Under the pieces are notes generated by a model. It ran no database searches. It was given only the letters and a program-made list of their open reading frames with translations, and had not been told where the DNA came from. Shown here piece by piece: positions 49,475-62,800 of a stretch of 64,000 nucleotides of DNA. Source of the stretch: Amphiscolops sp. MND2022 (Eukaryota); the NCBI GenBank assembly GCA_964187785.1, contig OZ076409.1, positions 12,092,001 to 12,156,000 of the forward strand, given 5' to 3'. The translations under genes were made by a program, and so were the position numbers. Position 1 is the first letter of the stretch. Each line of letters begins with the position of its first letter.

Positions 49475-52400
49475 ATTACACATTTTTAAATCCATTTAAA
49501 AAACTCAGCTTTCGCGAGGTTCGAAACGTCACCCTGCTACCTTTGAAGAGCATTCAGCTATCCAACTAAATCAATGTGAAAGATATGGTGCAAGTTTACA
49601 AGTAGCAGCGCCAAATTCGAAGAAACCCGTATTCGATGACCTATTTCAATTTCTAAAAACAAGAGGAACTTTAGACAAACTTGAAGCGAAAATTTTGGTT
49701 TTTAAAGGTCTAACTTTCTCAGAATGGCGTGTCTGAGTTATGATTTTAGTGCCCCTACAAAAACTTTATCGTTTGTCTGTCTTCTTCTTGGTTACACCAA
49801 AAACTTTATACGCCGATCTTTTCGGTATCGTTATTCCATTTATCAACCATAGCAAGGCTGCTCAACAAAAGTGTCGAATCTCTGACCAAATCAACTTCTG
49901 TTTAATGTTTTTTTTGATAAATTCGTAGACTGCTATGCCATTCAATCTTCACACGCCAAAAGCTGTCGGTTTCGACATTAAAAATGCAATTGAGACATGT
50001 CTGCTAAACATGTCGCCGTCTATGAACAAAGAGACACATAATAGTTGCAAACCCCTTCAACATAAAATGCTGATTGATGTTTCTTGTCTCGGGATTTTTT
50101 TAAATTTTACTTTGTTTCTGAAGCAATAGACAACCTACGTGCTTTTGAATAACCTAGTGAAACATGGTTCACTTGGAATCAGGCGGATTAGACTCCCCTC
50201 TATTTTTATGGGAGGAGTCTACCAATGAATTTCATGTCATAACTTCCCATTTTTGCTGCAATTTGATCACGGAAACGTCCACAGACAGAGATTAGTGTGG
50301 AGTAAACGTTAATGCGCGGTTAACATCGATATTTAAAAAACTTCCGGAGTTTGTGTATTTTTGGGGTTAGTTTGTGGTGGCTTTCTTCACCCTAGTGGAA
50401 AGTTCAGGCACGAAATGCAATAAACTGACAGATTCTTTGTCCAAGATCTTGGATCTTAATACATTGTTCTGTCATGTGAACTGCATTTGCATTGTCTTGA
50501 TATTTTTTGTCTGACTTTTTAAGATCTTTATAGTTTTTGTATGATCTTTCAAACCCTTTGTAGTTTTGATCTGGTCTCGTAAAGTTTGTTCAAATATCTA
50601 GCTAGATATGTATGATCTTGTGAGTGTTTTGTGACTTATGGTGTGTAACGGCAAAATTAGGGAAAAATTAATCGCATCATATAATGATAAATTGTCAACT
50701 CAAGACAAAAACAGAGTTTTTATAACAAAAATACGCAGGACCAGGGTTGGGAACTATTTGAAGGTCTGTGTTTTTTGTGTTTTATGGGGTTCTTTTGTTC
50801 ATAATCTTGTTAATGACTTCAATATCTACCTTTTTGACAAAATGTTTCGTTCTTTGGACCAAATCAGCTCTTGAAGTTGCTTGAAAATTGTTTTCCTATA
50901 CCAATTGTTCAGGAATAGACCAAAAACGTTCAATAGGTCTCAGCTGGGGACAGTTTGGAGGGTTGTTTTCACGTTTCACAAAATCGATGTTCTCCGAAGA
51001 TAACCAAGTTTGAACGCCAGTCAGTTGCGTAAAGAGATGTTGCCAAATCTGGCGAAAAACAGTCATCACCGGCGCCGCGGATACACTTTTGTGCCTTGTT
51101 TCGGCTTCGTGAGACTTTTTTCCGAATATTTTTTATTGTCCACAAAGGGCCCCCTTCAATTTTTTAAATATATTGCAACGAAATGGATGCTAAAAAACCA
51201 CTTGTTAAAACTTTGAGCTTTTCGACATGTAGTTATAACGCCAATTTTAGAAGTTCCCGTCTTGTTGTAGTTTTGTATAGTAAGTTTTGGGAAGTTTTTT
51301 GCAGTGCTTAGAGCTCGAAGTTGATTTTTGCCATTCAATTGAAAATGAGTCGATCTATTTGGGTCGAACCAAAACGTGTAGGTCTTCAACCCAGTCATTG
51401 AAACTGCGATGATTGCATAATACACTAGGGTACCAAAAAGCTAAAGACACTTTATTTCATATCTCAAATCGCAATAAATGTGTACATACTCAATAGACAC
51501 AAAAGTCATTGAAGCAAATTGTCAAATTTTAATCAGAATTACAGGGGTATCTTTTGTTTTGAACTCGAAGAAAAACTACAAAAGTTAGTAGCTAACAAAT
51601 TGTTCGCTAGTTTTTTTTTACTTTTTGGCTTTTTCAGAATTTCATCGTGCAATATATCCAGAAGCGATGTTCTCAACAAGATATGTTTGGGACAAACTTT
51701 GTACATTTGATTCAGAAGTCTAACTTTGAATTTACCACTTTTTCTGAAAACGCCCTCCCTAAAAGTTTACATTGCAAAAGGATCACAATATGCGAAATAT
51801 TCGTTTTTTACTAGTTGAAATATTGTTTTGTAGAAAATACAATTGTTTTTGGCTGTTCATTTTCAGAATAATTGGTAAATATGAAGAATAAATTGAAGAA
51901 CGGTGTCAAGGCTCCAAAAACGATCGTAAAAGGTTCTTCTTCTGACCAATAGTTTCTGAGATATCGCTCAATACGTTTCAATTTCCAAAGTTCCTGGAAA
52001 TAAAGTGTGAAATAACTCTTTCAATTTTGGTTCGACTCAAAACAAAAAAGACTGTTGTATTGCTGGTCGAAATTTGAGTCATTTCTGCTCTGCCCCTGAG
52101 ACATTTTGTGAAATGAATATTTTGAAAGATTTTGCGCTTTAAACAATTTCATAAGCCATATCGACTGTCTTTAGCTTTTTGGTCTTTAGCTTTTTAGTGT
52201 AAAAGATAATGTGTCGTCGGAGTTTATGAAGACATGCAATGAAATTTCAGAAAATGTCTGATGTTTCGCTCAGGGCAACTTCCGGTATGTTTTCAAAAAA
52301 AACTGTTTCTGAAATTAATTTCTTTTCCAACTTTTTCCGTTATTTGTTACAAGAACGCTTTTTGCGTCTGATATATTTGTATATCGTAAATGTCAGCTTT

Positions 52401-53765
52401 GTCAGAGTGGTATTGATTATTATGTTATTTTTACTTCTCCATTAGTGTAGTTAAAATCTGTGCCATCGTTAAAAACTGAACGTAATTTTGAGGTTTGTTT
52501 TAATTGCTGTACCTCCATGATAGCTAACGGGAAGACAAGCATCGCATTTCACTTGATTTGACTTATTTAGTGCCTATGCATTTAGATTTTTTAAATGTCA
52601 TTCAACTAACTTGTGTCAAAAAATAGAAAGACTTGCACACATTTTAGGTCATTTTTTGACGTCACAAATTCAGCAATTTCGCGGTTGTTAAATGTGAGAA
52701 AATTTTTTGAGTTTCATGTTAGCGCGGAACATAATTATTGAATAACCTTGAAATTCGAATTGTATCAATTAGTAGTAAGTAGAATATAATGGAAAAGTTT
52801 GGAAAATTAATGAAACTAGACAAATTATTATTCCGCCTTGAAATCGGTGTTTCGATCTGCCTTACCTGAAAATTTGTTTTTCCCATTTAATCAACACGCT
52901 AATGGGAAAAACACTCCATTTCAAAAAACACTATCTAGTATTTATCAATTATTTTCATCATTATGAAATCCGAGAAAAGTGAAAAGTGTTTCCGGCCACA
53001 TAAAAATGCCACAAGCGCTTAGCTGAATTTTTTAATCACTTGATGAATCGTTTCATGCCATGCTCCTAGTTCCATTGAACCCACGAATTTAGCTCAGCAA
53101 CGTGAAAAAACTTTGATATTTATTTCTTTAAGGAACCATAGAATCAACTACGGTCAGAACCAACGTAAATATTTTAGCAGGTGCATCTTAAAATTCAACT
53201 ATTAGCTTCGGCAGGTGTTTCCGAGTTCATCTATAATTGAAAAACTTAGCGATTTACTTTTTAAATCCTAGTTGGTTGGGTACCCAAACTATAGTAAATA
53301 TTTGCGAGGCAGGTCTATTCTGTAGTTTTTGCTTCCAGAGCAAATAAGACAAAAATGAAAGTTGCGCTTTAGTACCAAAATAGTACTAATACTTCCATAT
53401 AACAACGCCAACGTTTCATGGTGATTAAGGAAACAGAGTTTGCAACCCCAAATTTTAATCTCAACATTTTTTGGTACAGAGCAGTATATTATGTTTTACC
53501 AAAAAACGAGCTTATTGCTTGTTGAGCTCATTACTGACCCGCTAACGTTTAAGCGGCGCTTTTTGAAGAAAACTTTGGCTGAGAGAATTTAAGTTTTCAA
53601 AAGCCACAATTTCTTTTGAAAGTTCGAAGTTTTTATTTCGAACTTTTGGCAAAATCGATCAGTTACTCTCTTTTCTCAACAAACTACCACCACAAGAGAC
53701 AAATCTTTCAACTGTACTGGCGTCGGGTGAAACAAAAAAACTTACCACCGTAAGAGTTGGGCACT

Positions 53766-53950
53766 TTTTGTTACCAAAATATCTAAACTTTCTGACCAAT
53801 CAGGTAAGCGCAAATTTCAGTCGTCGCTTTCGTTGTCGGCGCTTTTTCGGATATTACCGTAATATCCGAATAAGCGCCGACAACGAAAGCGACGACTGAA
53901 ATTTGCGCTTACCTGATTGGTCAGAAAGTTTCGCTATTTTGGTAACAAAA
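53766..53950. repeat. 185-bp near-perfect palindrome
   Basis: 92-bp arms symmetric about C53858, with 3 mismatches counted. Confidence 0.95.
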
Positions 53951-54084
53951 GAAGCTGTCGCTTCTTTTGCGCATTTGCTGATTCACTGGTACTGATGCCC
54001 AAGTTCCACTAGTTGAGAAAATTTTGTGCTGTAAAAAAATGATAATTTCCATGCGTGTTTCCTCACACTGATGAGCACTGTTGG

Positions 54085-54310
54085 TTAGTCGGCGCCTCTG
54101 TGGAACGCGACTATAATAGTGATTTTTTTCCAATCCACACGCACGCGAACTGAACAAAATAGTTCTGCAAAGTTCTACAAAATTTCAAGGAGCCGAATTG
54201 TACTTTTGGGTTTTTCGGGTACTTTGGAAGAGAATACCTGGCGGTTTGAAGTCCTTTTGCTATTTTTGTGCTTTAGACGGCGCGCCGACTTATGCCGTTC
54301 CCGGCGTGTT
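54085..54310 (+). mobile_element. HINE-like repeat, short copy 3
   Basis: TTAGTCGGCGC...CGCGACTATAATAGTGA start and GCGCCGACTTATGCCGTTCCCGGCGTGTT end; the reverse complement of the 18194 family. Confidence 0.65.
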
Positions 54311-54489
54311 TTTTGTCTATTCAAGAAACGAGAAATCTCAGTTTCAACGAAGTTTTTCTACAAAAAGTTGCTTTCCTCCAATTTGTGACTGAAAGTTTGC
54401 AAATTACTTTCAATTCGGTCTAGTGGTTAGCGCTTCTGTCTGAGTTGGCTGGACTTGGGAATCAGAAGTATGTTGGTTCAAACTACGCG

Positions 54490-55024
54490 TTTTTAGTCGG
54501 CTTTTTCGAAGAAAAACCTGACTCTTACAGTTGCAATTTTTTTTCGTCAGTTCAAAACGATCGGTCAACTTTTTGTGCATTATGCTTTTTTACCATATGT
54601 ACTTAGTACTTCATTTTCAACGCGTCCAAAGCCTCTAACAAGCCATTCCAAAGCAATGGGGTCCCCCTTTCCGCTTATTTCGACACTATGGGACTTTCCC
54701 CTTTTTTCGGCACTCTGAGACTGTTCAATTTCTCATTTTTCCGAAATTTTTTTATTGCTCCAAAGGGTCCCCCCATCAATTTTTTGACATCTTGCAACAA
54801 AATGGATGCTCAAAAAATCCCAAAGGGTCCCCCCTTTTACATTTTTTGGCACCATGCGACTTACCGGAGACTTCAAAAAAATTTCGAAAAAAATACCGGA
54901 AAAAGTTTTTCCTCAATTTTTAGTTTTTTGAGAGCTTTTGTTGTCTCCAGTTGTACAAAAGGTGGTTTTCGAGTCTTATTGAGCCTTAGATATGGCGCCG
55001 ACTTGGGCCGTTCCCGGCTTGTTT
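54490..55024 (+). mobile_element. HINE-like repeat, copy 4
   Basis: TTTTTAGTCGGC start, internal AAAGGGTCCCCC units, and end GGCGCCGACTTGGGCCGTTCCCGGCTTGTT. Confidence 0.65.
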
Positions 55025-55130
55025 GAACTTTATCATGTTTGCAGAAGTAAAAGAGACCAGAGAGTCCCCCTTTTTGTTTTTTTTTGGCTCTTTGCGACTT
55101 TTATGATGTTTCTTTCAAATTGGTGGGTAC

Positions 55131-55903
55131 TGTAACGGCAAGCTCTGGTACAGCAATATCAACCGATTTTGCAACTTTGACATGTTCAGAAATTTTGTCA
55201 AAAATTCTAATCCGATGTGTGACGTGGCACTGAGCATGTGATTGCTCTTTTCGCTGTTTCCACGAAATTGGCAGGTACTTCGACAACAAAGAGCAAGAAC
55301 GAGCAAAAAGACGGGCGCGCCGCCATGAAAGAAGCCAGAGACGGCAAGAACATCCGAAAATAGACTCTTTTTGAGGTGCTAACACCGGTTTTATCGATTT
55401 TCAGCATTATGCTACCCTATGTAGCGGAAACCGTAAAAATGAGTCTTTTCGCCTAAAGATCCTTGTTTGGTGCTTGGAGCCCCTGCGCCCCAGCTTTTTA
55501 GCTGTGTGGTTTGTCATATTCGTGCCTGTTTTCATGTATTTTCAGTGATTTTGGCTGTATTCAGTAGCGCTAGCGCTAGTTTAGATCTTATTCCCCAATT
55601 TTAGATCTTATTCACATGTCACCCTGGAACTGGAAATTTACCTTATTCTTGGCATTGTTTTTATATGCTAGTTAAGCGGTGGTCTTTAGAGAGTCAGAAA
55701 GATGCCCGTTACTATTAGCAATCAAAGACTAGGACCGGTTGGACAGTATTCGTCGAAGCACCCGCGGCCCCGGGACGTATTTCACCCCTGGAGGCAAAAT
55801 GGATCTGTGGCGATGGGCGCCTGTCCCGAGCGATTCACCCATTCCTGCAGGTTCCTCCACCTCTGGTATCGTGTTAAGCGACCGATAACAGCTTGCCGTT
55901 ACA
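55131..55903 (+). repeat. Putative 5' LTR of element C (773 bp)
   Basis: Perfect 14-bp terminal inverted repeat TGTAACGGCAAGCT / AGCTTGCCGTTACA (TG...CA), with a PBS just downstream. The second LTR is not available to confirm it. Confidence 0.75.
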
Positions 55904-55918
55904 TGAGACCTCATTTTT

Positions 55919-55935
55919 TGGCGACCACAGAGGGA
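55919..55935 (+). promoter_or_regulatory. Primer-binding site, probably for tRNA-Arg
   Basis: TGGCGACCACAGAGGGA resembles the complement of a tRNA-Arg 3' end (TGGCGACCACGAAGGGA, recalled, not searched). Confidence 0.65.
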
Positions 55936-57004
55936 TCGCTTCCGATTACTGCCCTATTATATGGTTTTAAAATTTCCGACCCCCTGGTATTGGACGCCAA
56001 GAACGATTGGACTCTGGAAGGAGACGTTTACCCAGAGTTTTTCCAAATTTTTTAGATGATATGACGTTATATTTTGGTATTTTTCCAGTCTTTCGGGGGA
56101 TTTTTCCGAGTACCTTTGGTATATTTCGATAACAGGTACTTGTTGACAGATATCGTCTAAAATTGCAAGGTTCCCATCAGCGGGTATCTTTTTTGCAGGT
56201 GTAGAGGACCGTAGCACGTGGCTACGGGTGTTTACCAGGTTTTTTGAGCTATTTTCAGCCATTTTATGCCATGCAAGAAGGTGACTGGTGGATGGTTAGC
56301 CACGAGCCAGCGAGGCGACAGAGGGGTCAAATCGTGTGTTGCCTACTTCCTACTCCCATATCTCGTGGAGACGTCCTAGAGGCATGGTTTTTGGTGGACA
56401 GCAAGTGCAATAGCAGACGATGCTAATGGTCCAAACCGTGTGTCTCTATCTGGTCTGGATGTGGAGAAAAAACGTGGTGAAGATGTACCCCCTGTGACCA
56501 GAAGTGTCGCTCAAATGGCTCATGGTGGGCGAAAATTTTGAAAATGAACCTTTTTCGACGGGGAATTGTTTGGTAAGCCTAGTTTCCTCTTGTTGCAACT
56601 AAGTGTGTGCTTTTGCACCCGTTTTCAGTGAAAAAAGTGCGATTTTTAGTGCAAAAGTCGCAAAAACGTGATTTTTGGCATTTTTGAGTACTTTTCTTGG
56701 TACGAGCGCGAGCGCTCGAAGTATTAGCCATAGCAGTTGCAAAAATGAATAAAAAGCAGCCCAAAACCTTGAGGGCTATGCTACATAATGTAACGACAAC
56801 CAGAAAGGCCGTTGGAGACCTTTTTGAGACACATTTTGCATGAAAAAACCCGGTTTTTGGCGAAATTGGCAAAAAACCACTATGAAATGCCACTGGGAGA
56901 GTGCTGGATTGTGATGTAATTGCCTCTTCCGTGCTGCTATTAGTTTGGGGCACACTCCACAGTACCGAAAATAGGATTTAAGAGAGTTTGTAACGTTTTC
57001 TTGG

Positions 57005-57385
57005 TGAGAACAGGTCGAAAAACCTTGATTTTTGGCCAGTTTCAGGAGTGCCAGAGTGCATCATTAAAACCTCTGGGGCACTCAGTGTTTTCGAGACCTG
57101 GGAGCCCGCGCGTTCTCATTTTCTGTTTTTGTAGTAAAAATAACGCATTGTGGTGAAAACCGCGTGCAAAAATTTCTTTTTCAGTGCTGAGAAAAGTTGA
57201 AAAACCTTGATATTTAGTCAGTTTCAGGAGTGTCTGAGTACACAATTAAAACCACATGGGCACTCTGTCTTTTTGTTAGCTAGGAGCTTCCGCGCTCTAA
57301 TTTTCTGTTTTTATCACAAAAATAACGCGTGGTGGTGAAAACCGCGTGTAAAAACTCCCATTCAGTGCTGAGAAAAGCGAAAAAA
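57005..57385. repeat. Diverged ~182-bp tandem repeat (2+ units) in the element C leader
   Basis: TGAGAA..G..GAAAAA unit starts at 57005, 57188 and 57369; units 1 and 2 share CAGTTTCAGGAGTG, ATTAAAACC and GTGGTGAAAACCGCGTG. Confidence 0.85.
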
Positions 57386-59813
57386 TGCACTGAATTTGAT
57401 CAATTTTCCACAAAATCGGACTGTCTCTGAGCTAGGGTCGGGTCATCGATTCCTGAACCCTAGCCAAAAAGTGGTTGCATTTTCGTAACCACCACAAAAA
57501 TTAACGTTAGTGCCGAAAATTTGGTGGGCGTATCGCTCACCAAAGTCGAGAAAAGCTCTCTGACATTTCGACCTCAGAGAAGCGTAAAAGGACCGAAAAA
57601 ATCCAAAACTGCAGGACTGTCAGTGCCTTATACCTAACGGGCACAACCAATTGAGGGTTTATCCCAGTGCTACGGATAGTGGGGCGACACGTTGGTCCCA
57701 TTTTGCCCGCCGTATCACTTTCTGAGGTGATCCTCTTGGTCAATTTGTGAAAAAAGTCGTCAAAAACAGTGTTTTTTCGTGTACAACGTACATAGTGGGC
57801 CGAAACCTCAAATAAGCGCTCGCGCTTCAATTCGACCCTTTTAGTGGCATTGTAGGTGCCCACTGACATAAACTACCAAGTTTGGTGCCGATTTGTGTGA
57901 TACTTGTCGAGAAAATAGGAAAAACGCGGTGCCCAAAAAAGTGCGCAAAAAGGCAGTTTTTTCTTAATTTTTCCAAGTAACCCGGGTACCTTAGCCGACG
58001 GGTGGGTCTATATTGCAGCCCACCATCGTAACCTCTGCTAGTTCCTACGTTGCTGCAGAGAATTTGAGCTTGCTAGCTCCGTCCAGTGGACCGCAATCTT
58101 GAAAAAGACGTGAAAAACCGTGTATTTCGGTACATAGTGGTACCGCACGTCTGTACCTAGGTGAAACTGTGTAGAAGAGGTGCAGCTCAATTCTGTGTTC
58201 ATTTTCGTAAACCTACGTGTACCTAAGATCTGCTGGTCAATTTTGGGCTTGATACAGCGCTTCCAGCGCACACACGAGCCTCTTGAGTGTTGTGGTGCGA
58301 TTTTTGGAAATTTCAAAAATTGTTCGAATTTCTTCCTGTGGGTGACTGGAGACTTTTTGCCCTAAACCAGGTTGATTTTCTGGCCCATTGTGCTTGTGGG
58401 AAAGCGCGGTGCAAATTTGAACAGCCTACGAGCCTTGGAACGTGTTTTGAAAAATCTTGGACGTTGAAAAACATCAATTTTCTTAAGTCCTCACCGAGAC
58501 GAGCAGAGGGCCAAATCCTTGAGGAGACCCCCTGCAAGCATACCAGCGTCTGTTTTACTATTCTAACAGCGTGGTTGGTGCCTACTGACAGCGTTTGCCA
58601 AGTTTGGTGTCAATCGGTACTGTATCTGTTGAGAAATTGACTAAAACAAACTGCACAAGAAGGTGCGCAAGAAGACGAAATCTACGAAGTCTTGTGGGAT
58701 TGCTTGAACACCTTATTCAAAGAGTGGGGCCAAATTGCTGCCCTCTATCGTAATCAGTGCAAGTTTATCGTACTGTTGCCGAAAAAAACGAGCCTGGGAG
58801 CTCTTTGCTGTTTGCCGGAATCTGAGTTGACACGTGAAGAACACTGCATATTGGAACACGGTGATACGGAACGTCAGTATCAGATCTAAATCTTGCCCAG
58901 TGGTCTGAATTCTCATTGGTTGTTACTGTAGTGTAGCTGGCTATACGTGTGATCGCGTGACCAATTTTGAGCCCGATACCACGTTTCCAGCACTTGTAAA
59001 AGCCATTTGAGTGATTTTCGAAAACAGTTGAAAAATCCAAAAATCGTTGAAAAAGGCTCTAGCTCGAAGCTGGAGGCAATCATCAGCTACGGAAGGTTGT
59101 TTTTCTGACTTGAGTGGCTGACAAATTGTGCTGTGTCATTTTGTACCCAGTACGATTGATAAAACTGAATTTGACTTTGTCCAGACACACGTTTTGAACA
59201 AAATTCCAAAAAACACCGGAAAGTCTATCACTGTAAATCGTCAATACTTCCGCTGTACAGGAGGCAGACCCAAAAAGCCTTCATTTTCCAACGGAACGGA
59301 CTCAGTAGACCTTCCTGGGTGCAAACGAGGCAAATCCTACGGTTCAAAAAAATTGCCGGCAGGGGTCATAAATTTTGGACTCCTCTGGAACTTTGAAATT
59401 TGATCCTGAACAGCTCAAGGCAGCAGTTTTAAGTGCCTGCGACGCACTCTGGTCTACATTTTTCCAAACGAAAATCTCTAGGAGTTACCTTGAGCAGGGT
59501 TTTCGACATTCAAAAGAGACCCTGTGAGTTCCGACTTAGCCAAAATCACGAGATTTTGAGAGGAGCAACTTCCTAGTGACAATAATTTGACCGGATTGCC
59601 CGAGTGTGTCACCTTTTTGAACGCTCTGGTGCCTCATTTTGGTGTTATTTCGCTGTATCGAGTAGCACCAACGCCGAATATTACGCCAAATTTGCAGAGA
59701 ACTCTTTTGGGCAATTGCAAAATACCCAAATCTCTCGAGGTTGAGAGGCGAAATTGCTACTGAGTTTGCTGAAAGACTCCTTTGAGCCACATCCTGCTAC
59801 ATCTAACGCTGGA

Positions 59814-62800
59814 ATGAAACCTTCGGAACAATTCCAACGCCTCTGCTTCTTTTTGAAGGGGGGAGAGGGGACCAGCGCAGCACAACCAATCGATGAACCG
59901 GCCTCGATATCTTTGAACAACGCAACCATGGGCATGGCTCACACGTCGCCTAGGGATCGAGGCGGGTTGCTCGAGAGCAATCATGGTACTGATGACCCAA
60001 AAGATGAATTGATATCTCCCGAACAGTTGAAATTCACGGAGGCGATATCCAAAACTATAACTAAAGCGTTGGCTCCCTTGATTGCCAATCGTGATCAAAC
60101 CGCTGTTCGACCAACCTTATACAGAGGTTCGAAAGACGGGACTGTTGAAGAGTGGTTGCTCGTGATGAAACGGTATTTGGAGCGAGTTTATTCCAATGCT
60201 TCACCTGACGACAAGGCCTGGGCGATAATCGATCACTTAGGTGATGAAGCTCGGAGTTTTATAATCAACAAACCGGAGTCCGAACGGGATTCTCACGAGA
60301 AGGTGACTGCCTTGCTCTCCAGCAGATTTGGGACTGGGAAAAGCCGCTGGCCAGTGAGGCAGGCTTTCAGGTTGCGGAATCAGCTTGAGAAAGAGGGCCT
60401 GATGCAGTATCTAGATGCATTAGAGGGTCTGAGGAGTCAGGGTTTTCCTGATGAGCCTATCACAACCCGACGCTATGAAATCTTGCATCGGTTCATGGAT
60501 GGGGTCAGCGATCCCGTGTTGCAACGAGAACTGACGGTAGTGTTTGCGACTGAGGCGTATCTAGCCGACCCACCTACCGTGGAATCACTTCGGTTCACGG
60601 TGCAGGAACTCCAAAGGAGTCGTCACCAACAACAGCCTCGTGACCCAGAGTGCACCGAGACTGTACCTTATCAGTACCTACAGAGCAACCAAGTGCAGGG
60701 GTCACCAGTGACCCAGCAGTATGAATCGCTGCCACCCCTTGCACGCCGGTCGGTGCGATTGCCGATGCCGGCTGCGTCAGTACACACAACCCCTGAATAC
60801 AGACAGACCGCAACCTTAGAGCAATCCGCGCGCTGCTTGCAGAGTGCTTGCGCGAGACGCAAGCTGGTGGTGCATCGCCCGGAGCATATTCTTGACCCAC
60901 ATAGTGAGCCCCAGCAAGGTGCTGCAGCAGCGATTCCAGCGCCTGCTGTCCCAGTGAAATCGTGCACAACTGAGGTGTCTCCAGGTTGTCCAACATTGTC
61001 AATCCAGTCAGAAACTTCCAGCCCTAGGGCTGAAGAAAAGAAGAAAACGGATGCAACGCAAACCCTGTCTACTGCCTCTGGCAGGGTATTAATGCTACGT
61101 CCAGCTGACCAAGCCACCGTAAATGCTCCATTGACTGTCACCTGTGGCACAAAGCAGGTGCAGACAGGTTTGGAGTCCACAACGTTTGACCCTAGTGGCC
61201 GGACTTTATTGTCTGTACACCTAGTGCTGGCCTCGGAGCAACAAATACGCCCAGATTTGACTTTGGAAAAATTGAAGCTGGAGTTAGCTAGCAATCCGGC
61301 TGTCAAAAAAATCTCCTTACCACTGCCAAAAGAATGGTACACTGAAGGCGAAGCTAGCACATGCACGGCATACTCGCCTGTTCCTGTGCACGCCAACATA
61401 GATGGCGTGGACATGAAATTTGATGCTAGCGTGGTAGTAGATGTGTTCCCTCAAGGAGTGTGTCTAGGGCCACATGAATTACGCTGCTATAGCATCAGCA
61501 AGCAAGAGCCCACAGGTGAGGCCCGCATAGATGAGCGTGCGTCGCTCGTAGTATCTTTTGCAGTGCCAGATGCCAACCCTATTCCACTGAGAGGAATGGT
61601 CGACACGGGGTCAGGCGTGTCAATCATGAGTTTCTCAGCCTTCAACCGTGTAGCCTTGCGGACTGGTGTAGCGCTACAACCTTACCGAATCGACTTGTAT
61701 GCTGCTAATGGGAAGACGATGAAAACTTTTGGAATAGCGGAGCGTGTGCGCTTCCAACTTGGTGGATATGAACTCGAAACAAATTTCGTGGTCGTTGATG
61801 ACGCACATGGTTTGGAAGATTTCTTGCTGGGTAGGAATTTTCTGCGAGCATACAACGTGCTGGTAGATCTGACCTCCATGAAAATTGTGGTGCGAGCACC
61901 GGCTAAGCCTGTGTGGCATCACGCACACGCCCAGACGAGTGACGAAGCTTTATCCAGCACAGTAGTCTTGGATCAAGACGTAGTGCTCCAGCCATTTGAA
62001 CGTGCTGTTTTACGAGCTAAGTTGGTCACTTCGAACTTGGAAGCTTTCGCTTTCAGTAATGTTGTGATTAACTTTGCAACACCGAACCGATTGCTGAAGA
62101 ACACTATATTCGTGGAAGACACTATAGCCACTGTTGGAGAGACAGGTTCGTTCTATGTCTCTGTTGGCAATCTGACAAGCAATGCCCAGAAAGTGAAGTG
62201 CGGCACCATGCTTGGTACTGCTGCACCAGTACGCCTAGTCTACCATGCAGTTCCCCAAAGTGTGCTAGCGCATAAAGGCGACAGTGACGAAAAATCGGAC
62301 TCCCCAAATGAGTTCGTCAACAGGGTCTATTCTGAAATGGACCTGAACTCGCATTCAAGATGTTCGTCGTCGTCGGAGTTCGAGTTTCTCTCCTCTACAG
62401 ACCCATCGGAGGAGGGGTTGTCAGAGCGCGAGATCAGAAAGCGCACTGACCCTGATCTCTTGGCCCCTATTCCTGGACCCGAATCTCAGTTAGAGGAGGT
62501 ACAAAAGTTGTGGGGGAAGACTGCCCGCGACTCGCTGAACAACATCCTTACGGAATTTGATGACCTATTCATGAAGCACAAAGCAGACATTGGTCGCTGC
62601 ACAATAGCCAAGCATCCTGTTGAGTTGGAGCCTGGGGCTACACCGCACCGTGAAGGCGCGAGAAGAATGTCGCCCGACAAGGCGGAGCGCGCTAATCAAG
62701 AAGTACGCAATCTCCTGGCTTTGGGCATGATCCAACCTTCGCTATCACCTTGGGCGAGTGGGATTGTGATGGTAAAAAAGAAAAATGGGGAGTTGCGATT

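Noticed and set aside
50644..50654. TGTAACGGCAA identical to the start of the element C LTR
   Set aside because: Similarity does not extend beyond 11 nt and no matching end or PBS was found.
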